DNA of 32,000 nt from Methanocaldococcus jannaschii DSM 2661. GTDB lineage: Archaea > AGJL01 > Methanococci > Methanococcales > Methanocaldococcaceae. Below, in pieces: positions 1-7,504 of this stretch (positions are counted from its first letter, which is position 1; every line of letters begins with the position of its first letter). Below the pieces are notes generated by a model. The model made no database searches and was not told the DNA's origin. It saw only the letters and a program-made list of their open reading frames with translations. The stretch lies in NCBI RefSeq assembly GCF_000091665.1, contig NC_000909.1:30001-62000 (forward strand). Reading direction: 5' to 3'. The position numbers and the translations under genes were made by a program.

Positions 1-1085
1 AGCCAGCAGAGTTTGCTCCAATAGCAGTGATGAGAATCTGTGGAATCTGTCAAACCACACACGGAATTGCCTCCTGTGAAGCTATAGAAAACGCTATTGA
101 CTGTGAAGTTCCAGATGATGGTTTGCTATTAAGGGAGTTAGTAGGAATTGGAAATAGATTGCACTCCCACCCATTACACCACCTATTGACAATTGACGAC
201 TTCTTAAAACCAGATGAGACAGATTTAAAAATTGAACTAATAAAATTAATCCAAAGAATGAGAAAGGTTGGACAATTAGTTGTAGATATTGTAGGAGGAG
301 AAGGAATCCACCCACCAAACATTGTAATTGGTGGAATGAGAACAAACATAACAGAGAGAGCTAAATCAAGACTATACTATGCATTAAGACAGTATGAAAA
401 AGATGCCTATGAGTTGTATGAGAAATACACTGAATTAATTGAAAGATACTTAGAAGAGATTGGAATCCCAGACTTAGGAGCTCATGAATATCCATATATA
501 GCAACTCACACAACATACGGAGACAGATATGCAATAAACTGGGATGATGTAACTGAAATTCCAGCCCAAAGATACTACGATGATGAAGAAGCTAAACAAA
601 CAACAACAATCCAAATTCCTTTATATGCTGGAGTTCCTGCTGAAGGAGGGCCAAGAGCAAGAATGGTCAAGTTTGGTAATTTCAGAGAAGGAGGAAGTGC
701 AATGGATATAAATATAGCAAGAGCTCAAGAGAACCTTGGAGCTGTTTATAGAGCTTTAGAGATTTTAGATGAACTCGACTTAAACGGAAAAACAAGAGCT
801 GAGGTAGAATATAAAGATGGCTTTGGAATAGGGGTTCATGAAGCTCCAAGAGCTACAAACACACACATGGCAGAAGTTGGAAAGGATGGAAAAATTAAGA
901 GCTATAGAATTATAGCGGCATCAACATGGAACTTCCCAATTGTTGAAAAGGCAATTGAAGGCTATCCACAGCAGTATGCTGAAGTCATAATGAGAGCTTA
1001 TGATATATGAGCTTCATGTGCAACACACGTTATAGTTAAAGATGAAGAGACAAAAGAGATTATAGAAGTTAGAAAAATGTTATAA
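1..1085 (+). CDS. fruA: F420-reducing [NiFeSe] hydrogenase alpha subunit, 5'-truncated by the window edge; in-frame UGA at 1008-1010 read as selenocysteine, true stop TAA at 1083-1085
   Basis: The frame is open from nt 3 (PAEFAPIAVMRICGIC contains the N-terminal RxCGxC Ni-ligand motif). The track ORF stops at TGA 1008-1010, but the same frame continues ASCATHVIVKDEETKEIIEVRKML*. This gives D-I-U-A-S-C-A-T-H, the C-terminal DPCxxCxxH-type Ni-ligand motif with Sec in place of the first Cys. A SECIS hairpin starts 1 nt after the TAA. Confidence 0.9.
1008..1010 (+). other. UGA selenocysteine codon (recoding site) inside fruA
   Basis: The TGA sits exactly where large-subunit hydrogenases carry the first Cys of the C-terminal metal-binding motif. 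The downstream frame is conserved-looking and a SECIS lies in the 3' UTR. Confidence 0.85.
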
Positions 1086-1119
1086 GCCTCGAGGGGAACC
1101 CGAAAGGGACCCGAGAGGC
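1086..1119 (+). promoter_or_regulatory. Archaeal-type SECIS element in the fruA 3' UTR
   Basis: Sequence GCCUCGAGGGGAACCCGAAAGGGACCCGAGAGGC. It folds as a 5-bp helix (GCCUC/GAGGC), G.A/A.G mismatches, a 3-bp GGG/CCC helix, an asymmetric internal loop GAA opposite A, a 3-bp CCC/GGG helix and a GAAA loop. This is the GC-rich two-helix hairpin with a GAA_A loop known for Methanococcales SECIS. Confidence 0.85.
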
Positions 1120-1121
1120 AT

Positions 1122-1216
1122 AACAGGACTTTCGCAGGAATAAATATTCAATGGAATATAGACATCCAAAGATGTCAAAGTTCCAAAGTGCATATATAAA
1201 CTGCGAAAGTCCTGTT
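1122..1216 (+). repeat. 95-nt extended hairpin between the SECIS and fruD, closed by a perfect 16-bp inverted repeat
   Basis: aacaggactttcgcag (1122-1137) is the exact reverse complement of ctgcgaaagtcctgtt (1201-1216). Inner helices are tggaa/ttcca (1152-1156 with 1181-1185) and gacatc/gatgtc (1161-1166 with 1171-1176), closed by a caaa loop. Confidence 0.6.
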
Positions 1217-1254
1217 TCTTTGGAAGCTTAAATTAAACCCTTAAAAAACTTAAA

Positions 1255-1806
1255 ATGAATGAAACCATGAAGGCAGAGATAGAAAGCCAAGATGATGAAT
1301 TGTTTGATTTAACCCCTTCATATTTAAAAAAAGAGATTATGGTCTTAGCTTGTGGTAATATACTATTTGCCGATGATGGCTTTAGCGTTCATGTCATTGA
1401 AAAATTAAACAAAATCTTAACTGACAAAGAAAAACAAAAAATTGCCTTAGTTGATGCTGGAGCTGGAGCCCCTCAGCAAGTTTTAACATTAATAGATGAA
1501 AACTCTAAAACAAAAAAAATAATTGTTGTTGATGTAATTGATTGGGGAATAAAACCAGGAGAAATAAAAATAATTGAGAAGGATGAGCTTCCAAATCCAA
1601 AATATCATAGATTAGATTCTCATGACTGGCCTTTAGCTCCTTTATTAAGGGAAGTTGCTGAAAAATATAATATAGAGGTTAAAGTTGTCGGCTGTCAAGC
1701 CAAGTATATTTCTGAGCCAGATGTTTATATTGGGTTGAGTGAAGAGGTTGAAAAAGCCGTTGATAAGGCAGTTGAGATAATTCTTAGAGAGTTGAGAGGT
1801 GATTAA
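1255..1806 (+). CDS. fruD: F420-reducing hydrogenase delta subunit / hydrogenase maturation endopeptidase
   Basis: Contains the [14 protein letters not shown] motif (the GNxLxxDDGxG signature of HycI/FrhD-type maturation proteases). It lies between the alpha and gamma subunit genes and overlaps the next gene by 8 nt. Confidence 0.8.
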
Positions 1807-2491
1807 AGTGGTTAAAGTTGCTCATGTTCAATTATGCAGTTGTTGCGGTTGCTTAGTGTCTTTAGCAGACACATATGAAAAGCTTTTAGATGTTTTGAAT
1901 TCAATTGAGTTGGTTTATTGTCAAACTTTAGCAGATGCAAGAGAAATTCCTGAATGCGATATTGCTTTAGTTGAAGGCTCTGTCTGTTTAGATGACCACC
2001 ACTCATTGGAAGTAGCTCAAGAAGTTAGAAAGAAGGCAAAAATTGTTGTTGCCTTAGGAGCATGTGCTGCAACAGGAGGGGTTACAAGATACTGTAAAGG
2101 AAACCAATTATCAAAGCCTGTTCATAGCTCATTCTCTCCATTAACTGAAGTCATTAAAGTAGATTTAGCAATTCCTGGATGCCCACCTTCACCAGAGGCA
2201 ATCGTGGGAGTAATTACAGCAGCATTAAACGGAGATATGGAGTATCTACAACCTTATGCTGAATTGGCAGAAAAAGGAAGTGAAGCTTGCGGATGTGATG
2301 TTATCTACAAAGTTGTCAATAAATCCCTTTGCATGGGATGTGGAACTTGTGCTGCTGCTTGTCCAACAAGAGCTATAGAAATGTTAGATGGAAGGCCAAA
2401 TGTCTTGAAAGAACTCTGTATTAAGTGTGGAGCTTGCTCTGTCCAGTGTCCAAGAATTAGATTCCCAGAGTTAATTGAGAAAATAGAATAA
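1799..2491 (+). CDS. fruG: F420-reducing hydrogenase gamma (small, FeS) subunit
   Basis: GTG start overlapping the fruD stop. It has the N-terminal CSCCGC cluster ligands of NiFe small subunits. The C-terminal part has ferredoxin motifs [12 protein letters not shown] and [12 protein letters not shown]. Confidence 0.85.
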
Positions 2492-2525
2492 AATAATATA
2501 ATATAATTTTTTGAGGTGGAATAGG

Positions 2526-3374
2526 ATGAATCCTTTTGGTAGCTATAAAAAAGTTGTCTCAGCAAGGAGTACATTAAAAGAAGTTTTAAAGAAGGCTCAG
2601 GATGGGGGAATCGTTTCAACAGCTTTTATTTATGGATTAGAAAATAATTTATTAGATGGAGTTATAGTTGCAGACAACGCTGGGGAGTTTAAGGCAGTTC
2701 CTAAAGTAGCTACAACACCAGAAGAAGTTTTAGAGGCAGCTGGAACAAAATATACAGTCTGCCCAAACATTTCAGTATTAAAGAGTGCTGTTAGAGAATA
2801 TGGCTGTGAAAAAATTGGAGTTGTTGGAACACCTTGCCAAGTTAGAGCTGTAAGAAAGTTGATGAAATATCCAGTAGGATTTAGACACGTTCCAGATAAG
2901 ATTGCTTTAATAATCGGAATCTTCTGTATGGAGAACTTCCCATACTACGGATTGAAGTTGATTGTTGAAGAACACTGTGGAGTTAAGATGGAGGATGTCG
3001 TCAAGATGGATATTGGAAAGGGTAAGTTCTGGGTCTATACAAGATGGGGAGAGACAAAAGCGATTAAATTAAAAGAAACTCATCCTTATGAACAAATCGC
3101 TTGCCATGTTTGTACAGATTATACCGCAGAGTTGGCAGATATTTCAACAGGTTCAGTTGGAAGCCCAGACGGATGGAGCACTGTATTTATAAGAACTGCT
3201 AAGGGAGAAGAAATATTTAACAAAATGGTTGAAGATGGGTATTTAGAAGTTAAACCAATAGAAGAAGTTAAACCAGGATTAGGATTAGTTGAGAAATTAG
3301 CACTGCAAAAGAAAGAGAAAAACATGAAAGAAATCGAACATAGAAAAGAGCTCGGACTACCTATTCCATACTAA
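2526..3374 (+). CDS. fruB: F420-reducing hydrogenase beta subunit (FrhB family, F420/FAD-binding)
   Basis: ATG 2526 lies 6-8 nt behind GAGGTGG; the track start TTG 2511 is less likely. FrhB-family motifs are present ([31 protein letters not shown]). It is the last gene of the fru cluster. Confidence 0.85.
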
Positions 3375-3439
3375 GAGGCACTGCCGAGCGTAGCGAGGCA
3401 GTGCATCCGTTTTGATGAACCTTTTACTAAAAGGTTCAT
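3375..3439 (+). repeat. GC-rich hairpin insert, modules A+B
   Basis: Hairpin A spans 3378-3404: gcactgcc-gagcgtagcga-ggcagtgc. Hairpin B spans 3415-3439: atgaacctttt-act-aaaaggttcat, a perfect 11-bp stem. The same modules recur at other sites in the window. Confidence 0.75.
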
Positions 3440-3490
3440 GTGAAGGAAATAGAGCATAGGAAAGAATTAGGATTACCAGTGCCTTATTAA
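3440..3490 (+). other. Displaced second copy of the last 16 codons plus stop of fruB (not in frame with fruB)
   Basis: 51 nt, 37/51 identical to 3324-3374. It translates to [16 protein letters not shown] versus [16 protein letters not shown]. An oligo-T run follows (3501-3530). Confidence 0.8.
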
Positions 3491-3628
3491 AAATATTACT
3501 ATTTTCTTGTTCTTTTTTTATTTATACTATGCCAATTTTTTCATTTAGGATTATTTTTTTCATCAAAGCTATTTTGATTTATAAGTTTTAAATATCTGAT
3601 GAGGGTATCCTATTTTTGGTGATAAAAA

Positions 3629-5248
3629 ATGAAAACTGATATCTTAATTATAGGCGGAGGAGGAGCTGCTGCAAGGGCGGCAATAGAATGCAGAGATAAG
3701 AATGTCATAATAGCTGTTAAGGGATTGTTTGGAAAGAGTGGATGCACAGTTATGGCTGAAGGAGGTTATAACGCAGTATTTAATCCAAAAGATAGCTTTA
3801 AGAAGCATTTTTATGACACAGTAAAAGGAGGGGGATTTATAAACAATCCAAAGCTGGTAGAGATTTTAGTTAAAAATGCTCCTAAAGAGCTTTTGAACTT
3901 AGAAAGGTTTGGAGCTTTGTTTGATAGGACTGAAGATGGCTTTATAGCTCAAAGACCATTTGGAGGGCAGAGTTTTAATAGAACTTGCTACTGTGGAGAT
4001 AGAACAGGACATGAAATAATGAGAGGTTTAATGGAATATATCTCAAAATTTGAAAGGATTAAGATTTTAGAGGAGGTTATGGCAATAAAGTTGATTGTTA
4101 AAGATAACAGATGCTATGGAGCGATATTTTTAGATTTAAAGACTGGGAATATATTTCCAATATTTGCTAAAGCAACTATATTGGCAACTGGAGGAGCTGG
4201 GCAACTATATCCAATAACATCCAATCCAATACAAAAGACTGGAGATGGTTTTGCTATAGCTTATAATGAAGGAGCTGAACTTATAGACATGGAGATGGTT
4301 CAATTCCATCCAACTGGAATGGTTGGGACTGGAATTTTAGTTACAGAGGCCGTGAGAGGAGAAGGAGGAATTTTATACAATAAATATAAAGAGAGATTCA
4401 TGGTAAGATACGACAAGGAGAGAATGGAGCTATCGACAAGGGATGTTGTTGCAAGAGCTATATATAAAGAGATTCAAGAAGGTAGAGGAGTTAATGGAGG
4501 AGTTTATTTAGACGTTTCTCATTTGCCTAATGAGGTTATTGAAAAGAAGTTAGAAACTATGTTAAAGCAATTTTTGAGAGTAGGAATTGATATTAGAAAG
4601 GAGCCGATGATTGTTTCTCCGACTGCTCATCATTTTATGGGAGGTTTAAAGATTAATGAAAGATGTGAAACCAATATAATTGGATTATTTGCATGTGGAG
4701 AGGTTACAGGGGGAGTTCATGGAGCTAATAGATTAGGAGGGAACGCTTTAGCAGATACCCAGGTCTTTGGAGCTATTGCTGGAAAATCTGCCAAAGAGTT
4801 TGTTGAAAATCATGATTTTAATAATATTGATGCTGAAGAAGATGTTGCCAAAATATTGGAGGAGATAAATAGCTTGAAAGGAGATTTAAACGTCTATAAT
4901 TTAATTGAAGATTTGAGAAAGGTTATGTGGGATTATGTATCCATTATTAGAAATGAGGATGGATTAAAAAAAGCCTTAGAAAAAATTGATGAAATTGAGA
5001 GAAATATAGATAATGTCAAAGTTAATGGAATTATTGACTTGCAGAACTACTTTGAATTGAAAAACATGGTTGTTGTTGCTAAGTTGGTTACAAAATCTGC
5101 TTTATATAGAAAGGAGAGTAGAGGAGCACATTATAGGGAAGACTTTCCAGAAACAAAGGAAGAGTGGAGAGGAAATATTATTATAAAAGGAAAAAAGATG
5201 TGGTTTGAAAAGTTGGATTATAGTGTCTTTCAAAACTTCTTGGAATAA
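3629..5248 (+). CDS. tfrA: Fumarate reductase / succinate dehydrogenase flavoprotein family (thiol:fumarate reductase subunit A-like)
   Basis: N-terminal FAD fold DILIIGGGGAAARAA, plus HPTG, RGEGG and SRGAHYREDFP motifs. SD GGTGAT lies upstream of the ATG. Confidence 0.8.
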   Translation: MKTDILIIGGGGAAARAAIECRDKNVIIAVKGLFGKSGCTVMAEGGYNAVFNPKDSFKKHFYDTVKGGGFINNPKLVEILVKNAPKELLNLERFGALFDRTEDGFIAQRPFGGQSFNRTCYCGDRTGHEIMRGLMEYISKFERIKILEEVMAIKLIVKDNRCYGAIFLDLKTGNIFPIFAKATILATGGAGQLYPITSNPIQKTGDGFAIAYNEGAELIDMEMVQFHPTGMVGTGILVTEAVRGEGGILYNKYKERFMVRYDKERMELSTRDVVARAIYKEIQEGRGVNGGVYLDVSHLPNEVIEKKLETMLKQFLRVGIDIRKEPMIVSPTAHHFMGGLKINERCETNIIGLFACGEVTGGVHGANRLGGNALADTQVFGAIAGKSAKEFVENHDFNNIDAEEDVAKILEEINSLKGDLNVYNLIEDLRKVMWDYVSIIRNEDGLKKALEKIDEIERNIDNVKVNGIIDLQNYFELKNMVVVAKLVTKSALYRKESRGAHYREDFPETKEEWRGNIIIKGKKMWFEKLDYSVFQNFLE

Positions 5249-5329
5249 CTGAGGTATAAATGAACGCCTTCCGAAGGAAGGGCGTTCAAACCTTCCTTAG
5301 TAAATTTTTATTAATTTTGAAAGACACTA
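5221..5329 (+). repeat. Extended hairpin spanning the tfrA stop codon: 15-bp perfect inverted repeat enclosing a GC-rich hairpin
   Basis: tagtgtctttcaaaa (5221-5235) is the reverse complement of ttttgaaagacacta (5315-5329). The central hairpin is tgaacgccttcc-gaa-ggaagggcgttca (5261-5288, one bulged nt). Confidence 0.6.
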
Positions 5330-5369
5330 CGATGTTGATGAATATCTAAAAAATCTTTAAAATAATGGT

Positions 5370-5430
5370 TTGGCTCAGCTGCGGGAGTAGTCATCACAGA
5401 ATCAGATAGCGAAATTGTCATCATCGCCAA
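5370..5430 (-). ncRNA. C/D box sRNA (2'-O-methylation guide)
   Basis: The minus strand reads uuggc-g-AUGAUGA(C)-caauuucgcuau-CUGA(D')-uucu-GUGAUGA(C')-cuacucccgcag-CUGA(D)-gccaa. Both guides are exactly 12 nt, and a 5-bp terminal stem uuggc/gccaa closes the RNA. It starts 7 nt after the sufBD stop. Confidence 0.85.
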
Positions 5431-5436
5431 ATATTT

Positions 5437-6387
5437 TTATAAATCCCCTATCATTCCCTTAACAATTATTTCAGTTGCCTCATCCTCATCCAATCCCTTA
5501 GCCATCAACGTCTCTAACTGCTTTTTATCAACACTTCCAATTGCCGCCTCATGGGTTATTCTTGCTTTATCATCTCTAACAACAACTATTGGGATTGATT
5601 CAACCTCAGCATTTCCTTTAACTATTTCAGCACAATCAATATGTCCTTTGCTGTATGGAGCGTTTCCTTCAATCTTTAACTTTAGGGATATTTTTGAGTT
5701 ATCCATCGCCGCTCCTCTACTCTTTATAATGCATTTAGCATTTTCTCCATTCAACTTAACAACTTCATTAACCTTAACAACATCCTCCTTTATAGCGTAT
5801 GTTCTTGTGGTTATATCAATTATTGCATCTTTTTTGGCAATAATCTCCTGTTCTATATCCAAAGTCCCTATCCTTCCCTTAGTTAATGTGAAGTTTGATA
5901 TATAGATGCCACCTTCATCAATCTCAACTTTTACAGTTGGCTTAACTAAAATATCTCCATCCATTCCATGGTAGTGGAATTCATTATAGGAGAACTTTGC
6001 ATTCTTACCAATCTTTATAATGCCGTTCATAATATGCTTAATTCCTTTACCTTTTGGAAATGAGCAGTGAGACATTAGAGAGATTGAGCTATCCTCCTCT
6101 AAGATGATTTCAACATCTATGATTTGAGATATATTTTCCTCAGTGATTCCAAAGCACATGTGAATTGGGTATTTAAATTTATAGCCTTTTTTAACAATAA
6201 TCTTTGCCTTTATCTTTCCATCCTCTTCCTTCCCTTCTAATATTATTCCTTCATCTCCTTGAACATCAATAATCCTACTCTCTTTAACAATGATTCTTGG
6301 TCCTTTACCATGAACAATCTCTTCAGGTTTTTCAGACGTATATTTAATTGCTTCAATTATTTCCATTAATTCCTCTTTGATGCTCAT
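5437..6387 (-). CDS. FeS cluster assembly protein, SufB/SufD family
   Basis: The C-terminal region ARITHEAAIGSVDKKQLETLMAKGLDEDEATEIIVKGM is typical of SufB/SufD. It lies directly downstream of sufC, and GGGAGAG sits before the ATG. Confidence 0.8.
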   Translation of the reverse strand: MSIKEELMEIIEAIKYTSEKPEEIVHGKGPRIIVKESRIIDVQGDEGIILEGKEEDGKIKAKIIVKKGYKFKYPIHMCFGITEENISQIIDVEIILEEDSSISLMSHCSFPKGKGIKHIMNGIIKIGKNAKFSYNEFHYHGMDGDILVKPTVKVEIDEGGIYISNFTLTKGRIGTLDIEQEIIAKKDAIIDITTRTYAIKEDVVKVNEVVKLNGENAKCIIKSRGAAMDNSKISLKLKIEGNAPYSKGHIDCAEIVKGNAEVESIPIVVVRDDKARITHEAAIGSVDKKQLETLMAKGLDEDEATEIIVKGMIGDL

Positions 6388-6411
6388 TTCTCTCCCTCTG
6401 GGATTTTAATT

Positions 6412-6450
6412 TTATTCCCTCTCCTCTGGGACTTTTTTGTAGCATTTTCC
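6412..6450 (-). other. Displaced second copy of the sufC 3' end (12 codons plus stop)
   Basis: The minus strand reads gga aaa tgc tac aaa aaa gtc cca gag gag agg gaa taa = GKCYKKVPEERE*. The real tail is GKCYKKVPDGK* (6564-6529). Confidence 0.75.
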
Positions 6451-6528
6451 TCAGCATAGGAGAAACTCCTATTGCGATACCTATAACACCTCCTCGCTTC
6501 GCTCGGAGGTGTAAATTATTTTGTAGGA
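6451..6528 (-). repeat. GC-rich hairpin insert, modules A+C (minus orientation)
   Basis: Hairpin A spans 6486-6512; the minus strand reads acacctcc-gagcgaagcga-ggaggtgt. Hairpin C spans 6454-6475; the minus strand reads gcaataggag-ttt-ctcctatgc. Confidence 0.75.
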
Positions 6529-7269
6529 CTATTTTCCATCTGGCACTTTCTTATAGCATTTTCCACACTCTTTTTTATAAAACTCTCCAACTTCCTTTGG
6601 GTCTCCACTCTTTATAACCTCTCCAGCACAGATTAAAGAGACTCTATCGGCATGTTCAGCTAACTCCTCTCTGTGTGTAATAACTAATAAAGAACATCCT
6701 TTATCCTTTAAATAGTCAAAAACTCTCTTAATCTCATCAAATGATACAATATCTATCCCACTATCTGGCTCATCTAAGATAGCCAAATCCGGCTCCATAC
6801 AGATAATTGAAGCTAACTCTATCCTCTTTCGCTCTCCTCCACTTAGTGTTTCATCCACATATCTATCTAAATATTTGTCTGGGTCTAAATTTACCAATTT
6901 TAAAGCTTCCCTAATTTTTTCCTCTGCTATTTCTTTATCTTTCTTATACTTTTCATTCATTCCAAGCATTAAGTAGTTTTTAACTTTAATCCCCTCAAAT
7001 CTTGCAGGTTCCTGCCAAGCTAAAGTCATTCCCATCCTCGCCCTTTCAGTAATATTTTTATCAATTATATCAACACCTTTAAATATAATCCTTCCCTTAG
7101 TTGGTTTATATCCGGAAATTCCCATTATTGTATAAGCTAAGGTTGATTTTCCCGCTCCATTCGGCCCTATAATTGCATGAATCTCATTTTCCTCTACAGT
7201 TAAATTTACACCTTTTAAAATCTCTCTGTTCCCTCTATAAACATGTAAATCCTCTACTTTTAATAACAT
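6529..7269 (-). CDS. sufC: FeS assembly ATPase SufC (ABC ATPase)
   Basis: Walker A GPNGAGKST, signature LSGGERKR, Walker B LAILDEPDSGID. The ATG at 7269 (MLLKVEDL) lies 5 nt behind GGTGA. The track start at 7281 is a GTG inside that SD. Confidence 0.9.
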   Translation of the reverse strand: MLLKVEDLHVYRGNREILKGVNLTVEENEIHAIIGPNGAGKSTLAYTIMGISGYKPTKGRIIFKGVDIIDKNITERARMGMTLAWQEPARFEGIKVKNYLMLGMNEKYKKDKEIAEEKIREALKLVNLDPDKYLDRYVDETLSGGERKRIELASIICMEPDLAILDEPDSGIDIVSFDEIKRVFDYLKDKGCSLLVITHREELAEHADRVSLICAGEVIKSGDPKEVGEFYKKECGKCYKKVPDGK

Positions 7270-7406
7270 GATACTCACCAAAAATTATAAATAGGTCTTT
7301 TGTGAATGTTCATTAAAAGCGGATATATTTTTAATAGCTCATACAATAAAAAGATTACCATATCGATAAAATAAAAATAACAAAAACATGCCAGGTCTCT
7401 TCAGAC

Positions 7407-7504
7407 CCATAGGGAAACCCCTATTGAGATACCCGAGTGGGGCTTCACTACGTTCAGCCCCACTGTAGTCTAGTATCCCAATAGGGCGAAGCCCTATGGA
7501 AATA
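7407..7504 (-). repeat. GC-rich hairpin insert, modules C-A-C, flanked by 25-nt direct repeats
   Basis: Hairpin C spans 7407-7426 and hairpin A spans 7436-7464 (agtggggc...gccccact; the minus-strand core is ugaacguagugaa). A second hairpin C spans 7477-7499 (cccaataggg-cgaag-ccctatgg). Direct repeats at 7382-7406 and 7505-7529 are 23/25 identical. Confidence 0.75.

Noticed and set aside
50-349. Antisense ORFs inside fruA (50-349 and 94-345, minus strand)
   Set aside because: These are shadow ORFs opposite a gene with clear hydrogenase motifs. Their composition is low-complexity and they have no SD.
1008-1010. TGA taken as the genuine fruA stop, as in the ORF track
   Set aside because: The frame continues with the remainder of the metal-binding motif for 24 more codons, and a SECIS follows the downstream TAA. 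Selenocysteine recoding explains the sequence better.
3378-3404. Hairpin A as a kink-turn / L7Ae site
   Set aside because: It has tandem G.A pairs but no 3-nt bulge between the helices, so it does not fit the K-turn or K-loop consensus. I left it as an unassigned structured hairpin.
3409-3439. UGAUGA in module B (also at 9542 and 5336) as a C box of further C/D sRNAs
   Set aside because: No CUGA lies at the required 12-nt spacing, and there is no C'/D' pair or terminal stem. This contrasts with the clear sRNA at 5370-5430.
3324-3490. The duplicated tails as evidence for a bulge-helix-bulge intron or gene-60-style translational bypass
   Set aside because: I could not draw a BHB motif at equivalent positions of the two copies. 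Copy 1 already ends in a normal stop with a complete tail. I kept this only as an untested alternative in the finding.
3595-3612. gagggtatcctattttt before tfrA as a remnant of the A-C linker plus the left arm of module C
   Set aside because: Only about 9 nt match (gggtatcc) and there is no complementary arm. The match is too short to call.
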